A stretch of 64,000 bases of DNA, taken from Picochlorum sp. SENEW3 (Eukaryota). The number at the start of each line of letters is the position of its first letter. Position 1 is the stretch's first letter. The translations under genes were made by a program, and so were the position numbers. Below are positions 34,301 through 47,390 of the stretch, piece after piece. The stretch covers positions 806,001 to 870,000 of the forward strand of contig CP120461.1 in the NCBI GenBank assembly GCA_034226945.1, in the 5' to 3' direction. The notes under the pieces were generated by a model, which was given only the letters and a program-made list of their open reading frames with translations, was not told where the DNA came from and did no database searches.

Positions 34301-35362
34301 TAAACAATAATGGCGCCCAGATAGGCACCTTCCAACGCAATGCTACATTCTTGTCACTCTCATCGCGCGTCGATGAGTAGATATCATCCAGCAACAAAAC
34401 TACTGCCAGCAGGTGGCGAACAACTCTGAGATACCCTGCAGGAGGAATCTTGCCATCCATATTCTTCCTTGACAGCTGCATGACAACCCTGGCATATCGC
34501 TCCTCTCGTTCAGATAAACCACAATACATTTCTTTCACCATTGAGTGCGCAATATCCAACCACACTTTTGAATATGAGGCAAATCCCTTCTGCACTTTTG
34601 CCTTGAGCACTGCTGTGCACATGACATCCTCCTGCACATACGCATTCAATACATGTGACACTGATGCATTCATCATAATACGCTATAGACGTATATTCAC
34701 TATTCATACGAATAATACCATGTCTATCAACGCACCACATCCATGGCAAGCCGAATCACATCCCTTTCCAAACTCTTGCACACCCTATCCACAGAACCAA
34801 ACAGTCCCTCCTTCTCCTGCCCCAACTGACTCACCATCCTGGCTTTGAGCACATCCTTGTGCGAGTAAATCTCCACGGAAGATTCTATCGACGCACGCCT
34901 GTCGCCATTCAACCCACCATCCCATGGGCACAAGACAGCATTCACCCATGCTTTCAACACCTCACTCTCACAACTACCACTCACCCCACCCTCGATATGC
35001 TGCCATGCGTTCTTTGGAACAGGAGACACCAGCCCACCACGCGGATCATACTCGTCACTCAATCGCGCACTCGTACAGTGCTCTTCCAAACCCCCAAAAA
35101 TACCCCGCCTCCCAAAGACCAAACCCTGCCTTGATTTCCGCCTCCCTCCACCCCCCTGTCCAGAAACACGAATTGAAAGAGTCCCTGAATCCACAGGAGG
35201 CGTCGGGGTACAAGCATCGTGCGCCATGTCATCAACAAGGCCTAGCTCGTCTCTGGTCTCCCCCTCATACACATCACCATGCATTCCATCCACGCTCTCC
35301 CAACAACACTCTTCCTCTTTTATATCAACTTCAACCACAACCCGCGATGCTTTTCCCAACAT
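31368..35362 (-). CDS. Abnormal-spindle/ASPM-like protein (CH domains plus many IQ repeats); exons ~35362-34736, 34631-31827, 31745-31368
   Basis: LKAWVNAVL; CH segment VENLSVDLRDGVRLCRLADVL...ATTSLLW; more than 10 IQ motifs (IQRFWRR, IQSAWRG, IQSHWRG, IQTHFRG). GT-AG introns join three ORFs. 5' end uncertain. Confidence 0.85.
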
Positions 35363-35489
35363 ATCTGAGGAAATATCACAGAAAAGGAAATGCGACGGTT
35401 ACTCGGTCGTTACTCCGAATGAAACACAATTCTTCACCCTCCTCCTGATACCATACGACTATTAAAATAATAATAAATTGACATATAGT

Positions 35490-36188
35490 TTAAGGAACAA
35501 CAAATGGATGGGGAGGCGGGGCCATCCCATCCTCTCTGCAGGACTCGACCAACGACTCTTCCATCCGCTTGGACAGCCTGACTGCCAATGGCTCACCTCT
35601 CTCCGTCAGTGGCCTCGGTCGAATGGTATACATACCTAGTCTGTTGCCGAACACGATATCAGTCATATATCTATCCCCTACCATGATGAGATCACGGCAG
35701 GAACATGCCTCCAATCGATTCATAAAGTAGGGCTCGACATCCTCTGGACCAGCAACTGGTTTCTTCTGCCGATGCCTCAGCACTGGAATCCCAAGTGACT
35801 CTTCCATGGCATCCGCATGGGATCCATCCGGATCAAATTGCTCCAATCCAGCAGAGTTACTGAATAATACTACATTACCATCCCCAAATGCAGCCACACA
35901 GGCAGTTAATGATTCTTTTGCCCATGGATGAAGGACAAGGCTGTATGGTTCTGTGAGTGTGTTGTCCTTGTCAAAGAGGCATCCTTTAAATCCAGCCCGT
36001 TTCAAATCTTCCCAGTCTATATTACGAAGGTCAGGAGTGTCGACATGAGGGAGAATAGGCGTGTGCTGTAATTCTGGAGCGTGGGATGTGACCCAGGCAC
36101 TCCTCTGTCGTCGAAGTTTTAAAAATTCCCCCACCCCTCCGAGGTTGAGTGACTGTCCCAACCACTTTGAGATGCTCGTAGCGCTCAT
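35490..36188 (-). CDS. Phosphatidylglycerophosphate phosphatase (HAD IIIA, GEP4/PGPP1/YqeG-like)
   Basis: IDWEDLKRAGFKGCLFDKDNTLT (DxD), FSNSAG, LRHRQKKP, MVGDRYMTDIVFGN. Confidence 0.9.
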   Translation of the reverse strand: MSATSISKWLGQSLNLGGVGEFLKLRRQRSAWVTSHAPELQHTPILPHVDTPDLRNIDWEDLKRAGFKGCLFDKDNTLTEPYSLVLHPWAKESLTACVAAFGDGNVVLFSNSAGLEQFDPDGSHADAMEESLGIPVLRHRQKKPVAGPEDVEPYFMNRLEACSCRDLIMVGDRYMTDIVFGNRLGMYTIRPRPLTERGEPLAVRLSKRMEESLVESCREDGMAPPPHPFVVP

Positions 36189-36471
36189 CTGATTGTGTAA
36201 TTATTTTCAATATATATCTATTTTGTCAATCTGTATCACAGGAGGCTCTCTGTCGTTGAGCGTGAGCCAATGTTGTCTGGAAGTGTTTTGTCATGAATTC
36301 GCAATGATTGCCGTCATACCATTCTGAGATGGATCGATCGTTGATTTCATTGATTCAGAATATGCAAATAGTGTTTGATTAATTCATATGGGATATACAT
36401 AATATATGTAATGGATGCGCATGCGACTCCGATGATGCTAGAAATGCATCATCAGAGGTATTCTTTTCTTC

Positions 36472-36491
36472 TCAAGACAATGGTACATATA
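36472..36491 (-). other. THIC: Orphaned native THIC C-terminal codons (YVPLS-stop) on the far side of the transposon
   Basis: Removing the element and one ATA copy gives GGT GAA ATA TAT GTA CCA TTG TCT TGA = G-E-I-Y-V-P-L-S-*, a typical THIC GGEIY ending. Confidence 0.9.
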
Positions 36492-36534
36492 CATCTGGGA
36501 AATCTGAAAATAAGAAATGGACGTCCGATGTAAT
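36492..36534 (+). repeat. Left 43-bp terminal inverted repeat
   Basis: 43/43 match to the reverse complement of 42488-42530. Confidence 0.97.
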
Positions 36535-36639
36535 ACACAATTCTTCTGTCGACACACTAATTTAAGATATAAGAATTTGACGTTGATGTCCAAATGTACT
36601 ACTATTTTTATACACGGATACTGGCGTTCCTGTGCACTG

Positions 36640-36694
36640 TTTGGACGTTATTTGGACGCTATATAGACGCTATTTGGACGCTATATGGACGCCT
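36640..36694 (+). repeat. Subterminal tandem array, 5 x 11 bp (consensus TWTGGACGCTA)
   Basis: TTTGGACGTTA TTTGGACGCTA TATAGACGCTA TTTGGACGCTA TATGGACGCCT. The core TGGACG also occurs in the TIR. Confidence 0.9.
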
Positions 36695-37204
36695 CGATAC
36701 ACTACTGTACATTTACACTGAATATATAATATCTGTACTCATACATACATCTGGTATCCACAGAGAGGTGTGATGACGCACACCAGAGTAGCATTATGTG
36801 GCCACATTATGTGGAAACCTGTAGACTCTCACTGATAATAAGAAGGAGACCTACAAACACGACACATTCTCATTGTCACTCACGACCTATTACCACTGGT
36901 GTGGTCGAGGAATGGGAACCTAAGATGTTCTTCTGGTGGCAATCTGATATACCTGCTCCGCAGATTCCTCAGGCTTTTGAGCATGGCCTTGTAATCTGCA
37001 TCATTGATAACTTCCCCCACAAGTATGGCCTCAAACTACACAAACACACACGTGTATCATTAATGATGCTCGAAAATTATGTGTTGAAATATCATGCAAA
37101 CATCCCACAGCAAGGCACTCTGCTGATGAAACAATTGTGCTTTTGCACCATTGCCTCAGGCATAGCTTGTCAAAGTTCTTCTTGACAGCTCTCCTTCAAA
37201 TCAG

Positions 37205-38514
37205 TCAGAGGGCACTCCCGAAGAAGAGCCACGTCGTGGTGAAACCCTCTTGTCGATTTGAAACGCAGAGACCGCCTGTGTGTTGACATGACATGGTCAC
37301 CAATCTCAATATACATCGTACCTTGGCCATGCAGTATGCCAGGATTGGCAGAGGCATTGTTCTGATATGATAATCGGCTTTCTCTTCTTGAAAATCGAGA
37401 GATTGAAAATCACTGAATCCCAGGCCGCATGCCTCCAGATAGATACCTTGCAGATCTACCAGATATTTTCTGAAAAGTCTGTTCCCAAATGGATCGTCAT
37501 TGCGGAATCTGTACTGGGGCTTATCCTTATCCAGACCTGCACGCAAACAACGTGATCATGAGTTTGAGTATATATTACCATTGCTACGCAGAGTACCTTT
37601 GAGAAGCTCCTCCCTCGTATCTTCAGTGACTGCCAAACCCTTTCCCGGCGAAACAGAAATACCATCCTTGTAGTCATCATGACTGCCATACACCTTTAAA
37701 AATGCCTCTTCACATCTTTTGCTCAGAAAAGGTCGTATTCTTTGGCGTAACAAAGTTTGAATTTCCTGTTGCGTGGTCTTCTCCTCAAGAAGCTTAGCAA
37801 TGCTTTCCTTCATGCGAGTTGAAGGGTAAATGCCATCTACATTATCTCCCAGTACCACATGCATGATTGCCTGCTTGATCGTCTTATTATCTGCTTCATT
37901 CTGCAGTCCAGTTGAACGGCCATTACGAGAATACTGTTGAAGAGAAACATTCAATGGCATACCTTTCTGAGCGGAACTTTGCTCTTTCCTTTTGCTTTGC
38001 CATTAACTACGACTTCCTTGATTTCACTGAGTATCCCTGATATATTTAAAAGAATATTCTTAATTTCATTCGTACCATTGAGTGCCCCAGGTACTCTTGT
38101 TTCATGGTTTGCAAAGTCTTCATGCAAGATATCACTGTATCCATCCTCTCTTGGAGGTTGGCTGGTTGGATCAGATAACTCGACATTCTCATCAGGATCT
38201 GATTCGTCCGAATCGTTGTCTCTGCGTTTAGATTGTTGCGAATCACTTGATGGTTTTCCTTTTTGGTCCACCTTGTAGTACGGTTGAACAAGGAGGCGGT
38301 CATTCGAAGGCAACACTGTCTCATTCGTTGCATTTATATTGAGGATTTCATCAAAATAATTCACCCTCTTTATATGAGCATCCTGTTGATTGCTCACTGC
38401 AGGTTTCTTGTTCTTGCTCCCGGGTGGGCGACCACGCCCGCGCTTTTTCGTTTCTTGTTGAGAAACTTGCGGAACCGCAGTCCCTTGGTCGTTTTTTGAT
38501 GAACTGGTTATCAT
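37205..38514 (-). CDS. Transposon accessory gene encoding an AT-hook protein; multi-exon, 3' end unresolved
   Basis: ATG 38514 gives MITSSS...KKRGRGRPPGSKNKK (AT-hook) followed by an acidic stretch. It continues through ORFs 37556-37960 and 37205-37546 via GT-AG junctions, one of which would need an unusually short 29-nt intron or a frameshift. Confidence 0.6.
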
Positions 38515-38897
38515 TATAGATGTGTTCGGTTCAGAACACGAAGGAACACCTAGGTACCGAGTTGCGATCAAAGAACAGGACAGTTGAGAAGAAAACTGCT
38601 GCTTTGCCCACAGTGTTGACTTTTCGACACTGATTTGCGATTCTTCGCAAGTATTAAAAAGTATTGATGAAATTTATAACGATAAATTTCAATGAAACAC
38701 AGAATACTGCTCCGCGATGTTTTGAACGGTTCCGACATGGGCACCAAGAAGAACATTCGGTCCAGGCACCTCTCCAGCGGACGGTGACACAATGAGAACA
38801 TTGGACCTTCATGCAGGAGCGTTTGGGCGATAGAAATGGCTCAGGTGTAGCCCTGTGTGAGCGAGATGAAATTTGCATCAATATATAATTTGAAATC

Positions 38898-41800
38898 ATG
38901 GATTCTGAACGGATTCAATGCCAGTACTGTGGGAAGTGGTTTAAGAGTCTTGGCACACAACACTACAAAGGTTGTGCTGGCATATCGAATGAGGAACTGC
39001 GAGATCGAATAGTCCAAGCCAGCAAACAAGCAACAATTATGAGGAAAAGAATGTACAATCGGGATCGGGATGCAAGAAGACTGTACGGGGGAAAAAAGCT
39101 CCGTGTGGGTCCAGTTCATGCACAGGGGGAACATGAGGACAATGATAATCATTGCTACCATGAAGATCCCTGTGATCCTGATGAGGTCAATGACATTTAT
39201 GATTGTCAGAAAGAATCTGCTGAATGCGATGATTCTCTGGCCTGCAAGACTCGCCTGAACATGTTTGAGAGAGCACTGATTGAGGCTGTACCTCGTCTGC
39301 CCAAAAAGGTGGGTGATAGTTTAATTAAAGCTTCCTGGGACATATTGGATGGAAATTTATCTTTTGGAAGAGGTATTGAAGACTTTAATGACTTTTTACG
39401 CACCGAATCTGGACGAGAAGACATGGTCCAGACATTGGGACTCACTGTCTGTGGGAATGATTGTGTCATATTTCACATCGCGGACGCCAAAGCATTGCTT
39501 CAGGAATGTCTTTTAAAAGTTAAAGATATCAAGACGCGCCCAGAAAGTGCAACGATTCCAGGCAGTGGAGCAAGAGTCTATGGTGAAGTTGCATGGGGAG
39601 ACTGGATGTTAGACACTTGGGTGAGTTCGATTCCTATGATATCACATGATTTTGCCGTCTCTAACGAAGTTTATTATTACATCCAGAATAAGCTTCAGGA
39701 AATACACCCTGGTTGCGGCTTCTCCCCATAGCTTTCTATAGCGATAAAACCCTGTCAAGGAAGGGCCCAAAGACTCTGTATCCAGTGAATCTATTCTTTC
39801 CATCAGCAGCTATTGAGGACAGGTTCACACAAAATGCATACAGATGTATTGGTCATATTCCTGAGCCACAGCCACAGGGGCATTTGCTGCCTAAAAAGGG
39901 CATGGTCATGAAGAATTTGAAGAAATGGCTGATGTACACGTCGTTACATCTAATACTCGAACCATTCAAAAATCTCAGTCACACTGGCGTCCGATTAGTC
40001 AATACCAAAGGAGAAACGAAAACATACTTTCCAATACCAGTATTTTATGCTGCAGACCTCTTGGAATATCAGACCATTTTCGGCATCAGTGCTGGTCCAA
40101 ACGACATGGATTCATATCCTGATCCAGCCTATCTTGTTCGTAGAAGGCGCTTGGGCAAGTCTATCGATACCATGCCCACCAGAAGGTCTGAGATCCTCTT
40201 TCAAAAACGTTTGGATGCATCTAGGAGATTTAAAGACCCAGAAAAGGCGAAAGAGATGCTGAAAGAGTTCTCCTACGACCCTCTTCTTTTGTATACACCC
40301 GAGGCTGATACATTTGGAAAGCAAGGCAAATCTGTCGTGACCTACTACCTGGTATGTTGTCTAGATCACTTCTGAAGAAAAAGAAAAAATCAAAGCATTG
40401 ACAAAATAAAAGAGTACCATGCAGGGACAAGGAGACGCATCCAAGGGCAGAATTCCTTCCTTGCCCCTTGCTGGTTTTCATCTCACAAATTGCTTTGATC
40501 TTGTGGTACCTGACACGCTCCATACATTGCATTCTGGAGTAGGATCATATATTTGCAATTTCAATCTCAAATCAGCATCACTACTGAAGACATGCATGGA
40601 GATGTCTGGGAAGCACCAGGCAAACCTTCTCAGTAAGATGAGTGCCAGCATTGACGAGTCATCCCCACTCAGGGAATATAGCCTGCCCTCTGTCAAATTC
40701 GAGCCTACCCACCGATAAAAATATCACCGTATCAAGCGAGCAAGCAGCTAATTTGTGTCGTTTGGCACTTGTTGCCTGCCTTGTGGATGATGCTCTTCGT
40801 CCGGTAGTGGATGTGCTACAAGGTACTGTGTGTGTTACTCTCTGTATTCTCATAAGCACCAAACTATTATTACTATTCCTAATGTGCAGTGTATTTAGAA
40901 CTCGAAGCACGTATACTGTGTAAGCATCACACTGAGGACACATTGGCAAAAATGCATGCCACCATTGAGAAATTGAAGCAAGCGCTGGCAAAAGCATTCG
41001 AGCAAGTTTCCTCCACGCAGCACCTCAATACTTTGAAAACGTTTGCCCTCTATAAGTTCCATGATGAAGTCAAACGATCTGCATGTGCCAGTGTATGTGA
41101 TACACACCATCACGAGAGAACACACAAAGACCTCAAGTCTGCAAGCGCGTGGACCAATAACAGAAATGGCCAATTCATGCAGCAAACCCTAGCAAAGGCA
41201 ACTCAAATGGCCAGGGTAGCGGAACTAATCCAGTGTCACGAAGATGATAAACGGACGTACGAAACATCGGTGGGTTTATTGCTGTCCTGGTTGTTGCCTG
41301 TTTCTACACATTTTTCCAAGGTCAATCACCATTTTGGAATGCAGAGGACTCGAGCTCTCAGCACAAACAGGATTCAGATGGTTCCGAATTCGCGCATACT
41401 ACATGGTACTATAGGTGACCTGCAAAATCTCGCCCCGTATCGAAAACTTCAAGCATGGTTACCTGATATGGAGAGACTCATTTACTGCATCAACATCCTG
41501 TACCAGACCAAAATATCTTCCTCTAGGAACCTTCAAATCCCATCTGATACTCAGGTATGTGCCTTGCAATTTACTGCAACATAATGATGAGAGTGTCGAA
41601 TTAAATACAACAAATGAAATTTGCAGATTGAGATATTTCAGAAAGCACACATACCATTCATACAGTATCCTGGCTGTGAAACAAGCACCAGAGTGTTGCT
41701 TGGGAGAATACACACATTTCCTGAGACTCTACGCCTTGCCAAACAGCACCAAGACGATCCACAAAATTTCACTCGGAGCATGCTCGAATCCAAAATACAT

Positions 41801-42157
41801 AGGCTCAGTGATACGATGGGATCCTTTGTGACTGTGAAAGGCGATGGACACCAGCCATGGTATGCTGAGATCCTCTGCTTTGTGAGAATCACGCCTCCAT
41901 CTACCAGTGGGAGACAGGATGCAGAGGTTGCATTCGTCAGGTGGTTTACAGAGGTCAAGAAAGCTACTTTACATCCTGTCCTTGGCCTGCCATATCTCAA
42001 AGTGGAGAAGACTGTGAGACAGAGTTCTGAAGGTAACAACCAAACAGAAGTCTTCACCGATCTATGCAGAGCTGTAGATATACTCGAGCCAATTTACATG
42101 CAAAAAGACCCCAGCAACAACAGGAAATGGTTCATACACAACAGGTATGTCCGCTGA
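38898..42157 (+). CDS. Plavaka-like DDE transposase; about 6 exons, two apparent frameshifts
   Basis: N-terminal CxxC..H..C finger (CQYCGKWF...HYKGC); VYGEVAWGDW; LLPIAFYSDKT...LYPVNL...IGHIP; FYAADLLE; PDTLHTLHSG; LNTLK...HERTH; C-terminal WYAEILCFV...AFVRWF. Introns at ~39621-39686, 40352-40424, 40823-40889, ~41270-41344, ~41555-41627. Confidence 0.8.
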
Positions 42158-42348
42158 ACTTGGGGCCAACTTGCTCCATACCAGCGCAGTGGCTCGCCCC
42201 AGGGGTGCAAGTCACCTTGTACAATATGTAGAAAAGTAATCTGTAAAATAATATTTATAGTCCAAATATACTCCACTGTCCAAATCGGCTACATTTGGTG
42301 TACCTGGATTCGTGGACGCCTATCCCTACATGGACATTGCCGTTTGTG

Positions 42349-44337
<1,989 letters not shown>

Positions 44338-44974
44338 TTATTAATACAACATCCCTGTGTCCATCTCCAGAGCAATTTGTGAAGCTTTCGATGATGACCC
44401 AGCCCACGGGGAAAGAATTTGACAAATCATGAGTCAACTGGTCTGATTGCAACAAGTCATCATGCATAAATCTCCGTATTTTGATACATTACGCACAAAA
44501 AGTGCCTCCGAGCGGGCTCCCATAAAATAGCCAGTTTGACCGAACAGTCCGAAATAGCCCCGTTATCCGCCTTACACGTGACGGTACAGTTTCATTCCAT
44601 GGATATTTTTGTATCGTTGACGCCCATGGCTGATTGAGAAATCATAAATAATTACGGCATAAATAGTGGGACACGTATGGTGTTGTTCTTAGGGCGGTTG
44701 ACCTCGCCAGGAGGGTCTTCCTGAGAAAACCGGAGAGTGCATAAAATCCACATCTACCAGTTTGTTGCGTACCTTTTAGAACCTGTAAGAGGTATGTTGT
44801 AATACCGAATATCCGGAGTCTCAAATAGATAGGTTGATGTGATTGTCGACACCGTCACATCCCTGTCAGGTCGGGAACATCATTATCGTTTTTAATCTCT
44901 GTTCCGCGTGGTTCTATTGTATGTGGGTTGCTAATGAAATATTTATTCATTTTTAATAGGTACATACGACTGTA

Positions 44975-47296
44975 TTGATGATGGGATCTTGTTTCTCTGC
45001 TCCAACACGGACGCCAGAGCCAGACGTGGGAGGCGAGACCAAACAACAAACTACCGTGTTGGACAGAGACGTGTCTGAGGGGATAGAAGCGAAAAGTTTA
45101 TCTAGTGAGAGTAATAATAACATAGCCAAGGGTGAGGACAACGGTGAGGGGGCGCGGCAGTTCCATAAGCAGGATAGTGGTGGAAAAAACAACATGGCTA
45201 ATGTTCTTGCAGCGGATGAGGAGCCTCGATTGGTTCGACGACATACCAGACGGGATGCCAATGATCGATTAAAGTTATTAAAGGCGCTTGGCTTGGTCGA
45301 TGCGGATGAGGAGAGACGGTTTCATTCCATTACCAAGTTGATTTCCTCCTTGTTTCAGTGCCCTGTGGCTGCTGTGAGTTTGGTGGAGGAAGAGCGAAAA
45401 TGGTTCAAGGTGACGGAGGGAGCGCAATTCGAAGGAAAATCTGGTTGTAATAGCGTGTTTTGCTCGTATGTGATTACTGGGTCCTCGCCAGAGATTGTCG
45501 TGGTGAATGACACAGAGACGGATGCTCGGTTCTCGAATGACCCACTTGTGGTGGGGCCGCCACATATTCGATTTTATGCTGCAGCTCCTTTGATCTCACC
45601 AGTCAATGGTACTCGATATGGGGCGTTGTGTGTATTTGACACAAAGCCACGGAATGGAGAGCAGCATGATGATATGTTCAACTTGTTGGAGCAGTTTTCA
45701 GAGCTTGTCGTGCGTGAGATTGAAAAGGACAAGTTGGAAATATTGAAAAAAATGGTGTATGAACAGCGGGTGGTCGGGTCCTCTTCGGTGAGGTCTGGAT
45801 CTAGTGGATTAAGTTCAGTACGTGAACATTCTCTTCGTATTGTGAACGAAGAAGGCAATGATGGCGTCCTTGACAGTTTGTGTAAAGCAGCAGAATGCTT
45901 TCACGAAGGCGTTGCTGTTTTGGAGATCACGTCTGTGCAGTGGAGAGTGGTATATGCGAGTTCCTCTCTCTCTGATTCGCTGGGAATAGATGCACACAGA
46001 ATGGTGCATCATGGATTTTGGGAGTTTTTCTTGACCGATCCTCATGAGCGACAAGCATCAAACGAATGCATGGCAGAACATAAGCCATTTACATTGTCCA
46101 CGACGATGCAGAATCGCCTGCATCCGTATCCAAAAACAGTGGTGATGGATTTCAGACCTGCCAATAAGACAACTTCCACGTCCCCTGAAGGAATGCAAGC
46201 AGAAGATGGTGAAGAAGATAAATACTATTTTGCTATTGTCAGGCCTGAAGTTAAATCCCGTTTGAGTGGACAGAGCTTTGGAAGGATTGAACCAGATGCG
46301 ACCTTGAACCTTTCAAAAGACGTGCCAACAGTTTTTCGTGACATCAGGTTGGGTCCTATGATTGGCAGAGGAGCGTATGGACGAGTATACAGAGGGAACT
46401 GGAATGGCAATGTTGTTGCTGTAAAAGTCATAACATCAGATGAAGCTATTCTTGGAAGGAAAGGTGGAGAGGGAAGTGGCAAGCACAGGTCCCCTTTGCA
46501 TGAGGCTACTCTGTCTGCAGCACTCTCCCATCCCAATGTGGCGCACACATATCAGTATGCAGTGCGAAAGGTCAAGACAACCCCGGATAGGAAGAGAGAT
46601 TCTGGGGTTGGACATGAGCACATGGAGGCAAAGGTGGTGTCTGAAATTTGGCTCATTGGCGAATTTTGTAATCGCGGGCCATTGCTAACGGCAATAGAAC
46701 GGGGTGCATTTTTGACGAAGCCTGGGGCTCGTCATACTCAACCAAATTTGATTGCAGTGCTGCAAACCCTGCAGGAGATTGCAGCCGCAATGCAGTACCT
46801 GCATTCTCATGACATTGTGCATGGGGATTTGACAGGAGGAAATGTTCTCCTGACGACATCCGATAAAGACGGCAGAGGCTTCACTTCAAAGGTTGTCGAT
46901 TTCGGACTATCACGAGTTTGCCAGGGTGGGGGCCTGCGAACAAAGAGGATGGGGTGTGCTGAGTACATGCCGCCTGAACTCATCACAGGGGGCCTGTTGA
47001 CCAAGGCTGGCGACTCGTATGCATTCGGTGTAATTCTTTGGGAGTTATATAATGGAAAACGTGCATGGGATGGACTCAAACCTGCTGAAGTCCTGGAAAG
47101 AGTTGCAGCTCATGAGATGCTTGAATTTCCAGCACAGACACCAAGAAGGTTGAAAATTCTTGGTGAAAAGTGTATGAGTCCAGATCCAGAGGACCGTCCA
47201 CGGTTTTCTGAAATTGTGTATGAAGTGAACACCATTTTAGCGGACACTATGAATATTTTACAACAGTTTCTTGGCGCCACTGGCTCAAAGTCTTGA
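44975..47296 (+). CDS. GAF (plus PAS-like) domain Ser/Thr kinase, TKL-like
   Basis: GAF: RLKLLKALGLVD...RFHSITKL...PVAAVSLV...WFK...DARFSNDPLVVGPPHIRFYAAAPL...GALCVFD. Kinase: IGRGAYGRVY, VAVK, HGDLTGGN, DFG, YMPPE. MGSCFS N-terminus from ATG 44981. Confidence 0.88.
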   Translation: MMMGSCFSAPTRTPEPDVGGETKQQTTVLDRDVSEGIEAKSLSSESNNNIAKGEDNGEGARQFHKQDSGGKNNMANVLAADEEPRLVRRHTRRDANDRLKLLKALGLVDADEERRFHSITKLISSLFQCPVAAVSLVEEERKWFKVTEGAQFEGKSGCNSVFCSYVITGSSPEIVVVNDTETDARFSNDPLVVGPPHIRFYAAAPLISPVNGTRYGALCVFDTKPRNGEQHDDMFNLLEQFSELVVREIEKDKLEILKKMVYEQRVVGSSSVRSGSSGLSSVREHSLRIVNEEGNDGVLDSLCKAAECFHEGVAVLEITSVQWRVVYASSSLSDSLGIDAHRMVHHGFWEFFLTDPHERQASNECMAEHKPFTLSTTMQNRLHPYPKTVVMDFRPANKTTSTSPEGMQAEDGEEDKYYFAIVRPEVKSRLSGQSFGRIEPDATLNLSKDVPTVFRDIRLGPMIGRGAYGRVYRGNWNGNVVAVKVITSDEAILGRKGGEGSGKHRSPLHEATLSAALSHPNVAHTYQYAVRKVKTTPDRKRDSGVGHEHMEAKVVSEIWLIGEFCNRGPLLTAIERGAFLTKPGARHTQPNLIAVLQTLQEIAAAMQYLHSHDIVHGDLTGGNVLLTTSDKDGRGFTSKVVDFGLSRVCQGGGLRTKRMGCAEYMPPELITGGLLTKAGDSYAFGVILWELYNGKRAWDGLKPAEVLERVAAHEMLEFPAQTPRRLKILGEKCMSPDPEDRPRFSEIVYEVNTILADTMNILQQFLGATGSKS

Positions 47297-47390
47297 GCAA
47301 TGATGTCAAGTCGCCTTTTTATCAATGATATTCTTCTATAACTTGAATTTTTTTGTTTGTAACTCGCAATATATATTTGACATCAGCACA

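Noticed and set aside
36358..36398. Two GNATATNC (P1BS-like) sites upstream of the PGP phosphatase gene
   Set aside because: A motif with six specified bases is expected many times by chance in AT-rich intergenic DNA, and the region doubles as the native THIC 3' UTR.
36640..36694. Tandem repeats considered as a CRISPR-like array
   Set aside because: 11-bp head-to-tail units with no spacers in a eukaryotic context; explained as transposon subterminal repeats.
44391..44463. ATGATGA boxes on both strands upstream of THIC, with TTCTTTCCCCG complementary to LSU rRNA on the minus strand
   Set aside because: The minus strand has no proper box D next to the guide (CTGG, 4 nt away). The plus strand has C and D but no recognisable guide or terminal stem. 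It is best read as a simple ATGATGAC/GTCATCAT inverted repeat.
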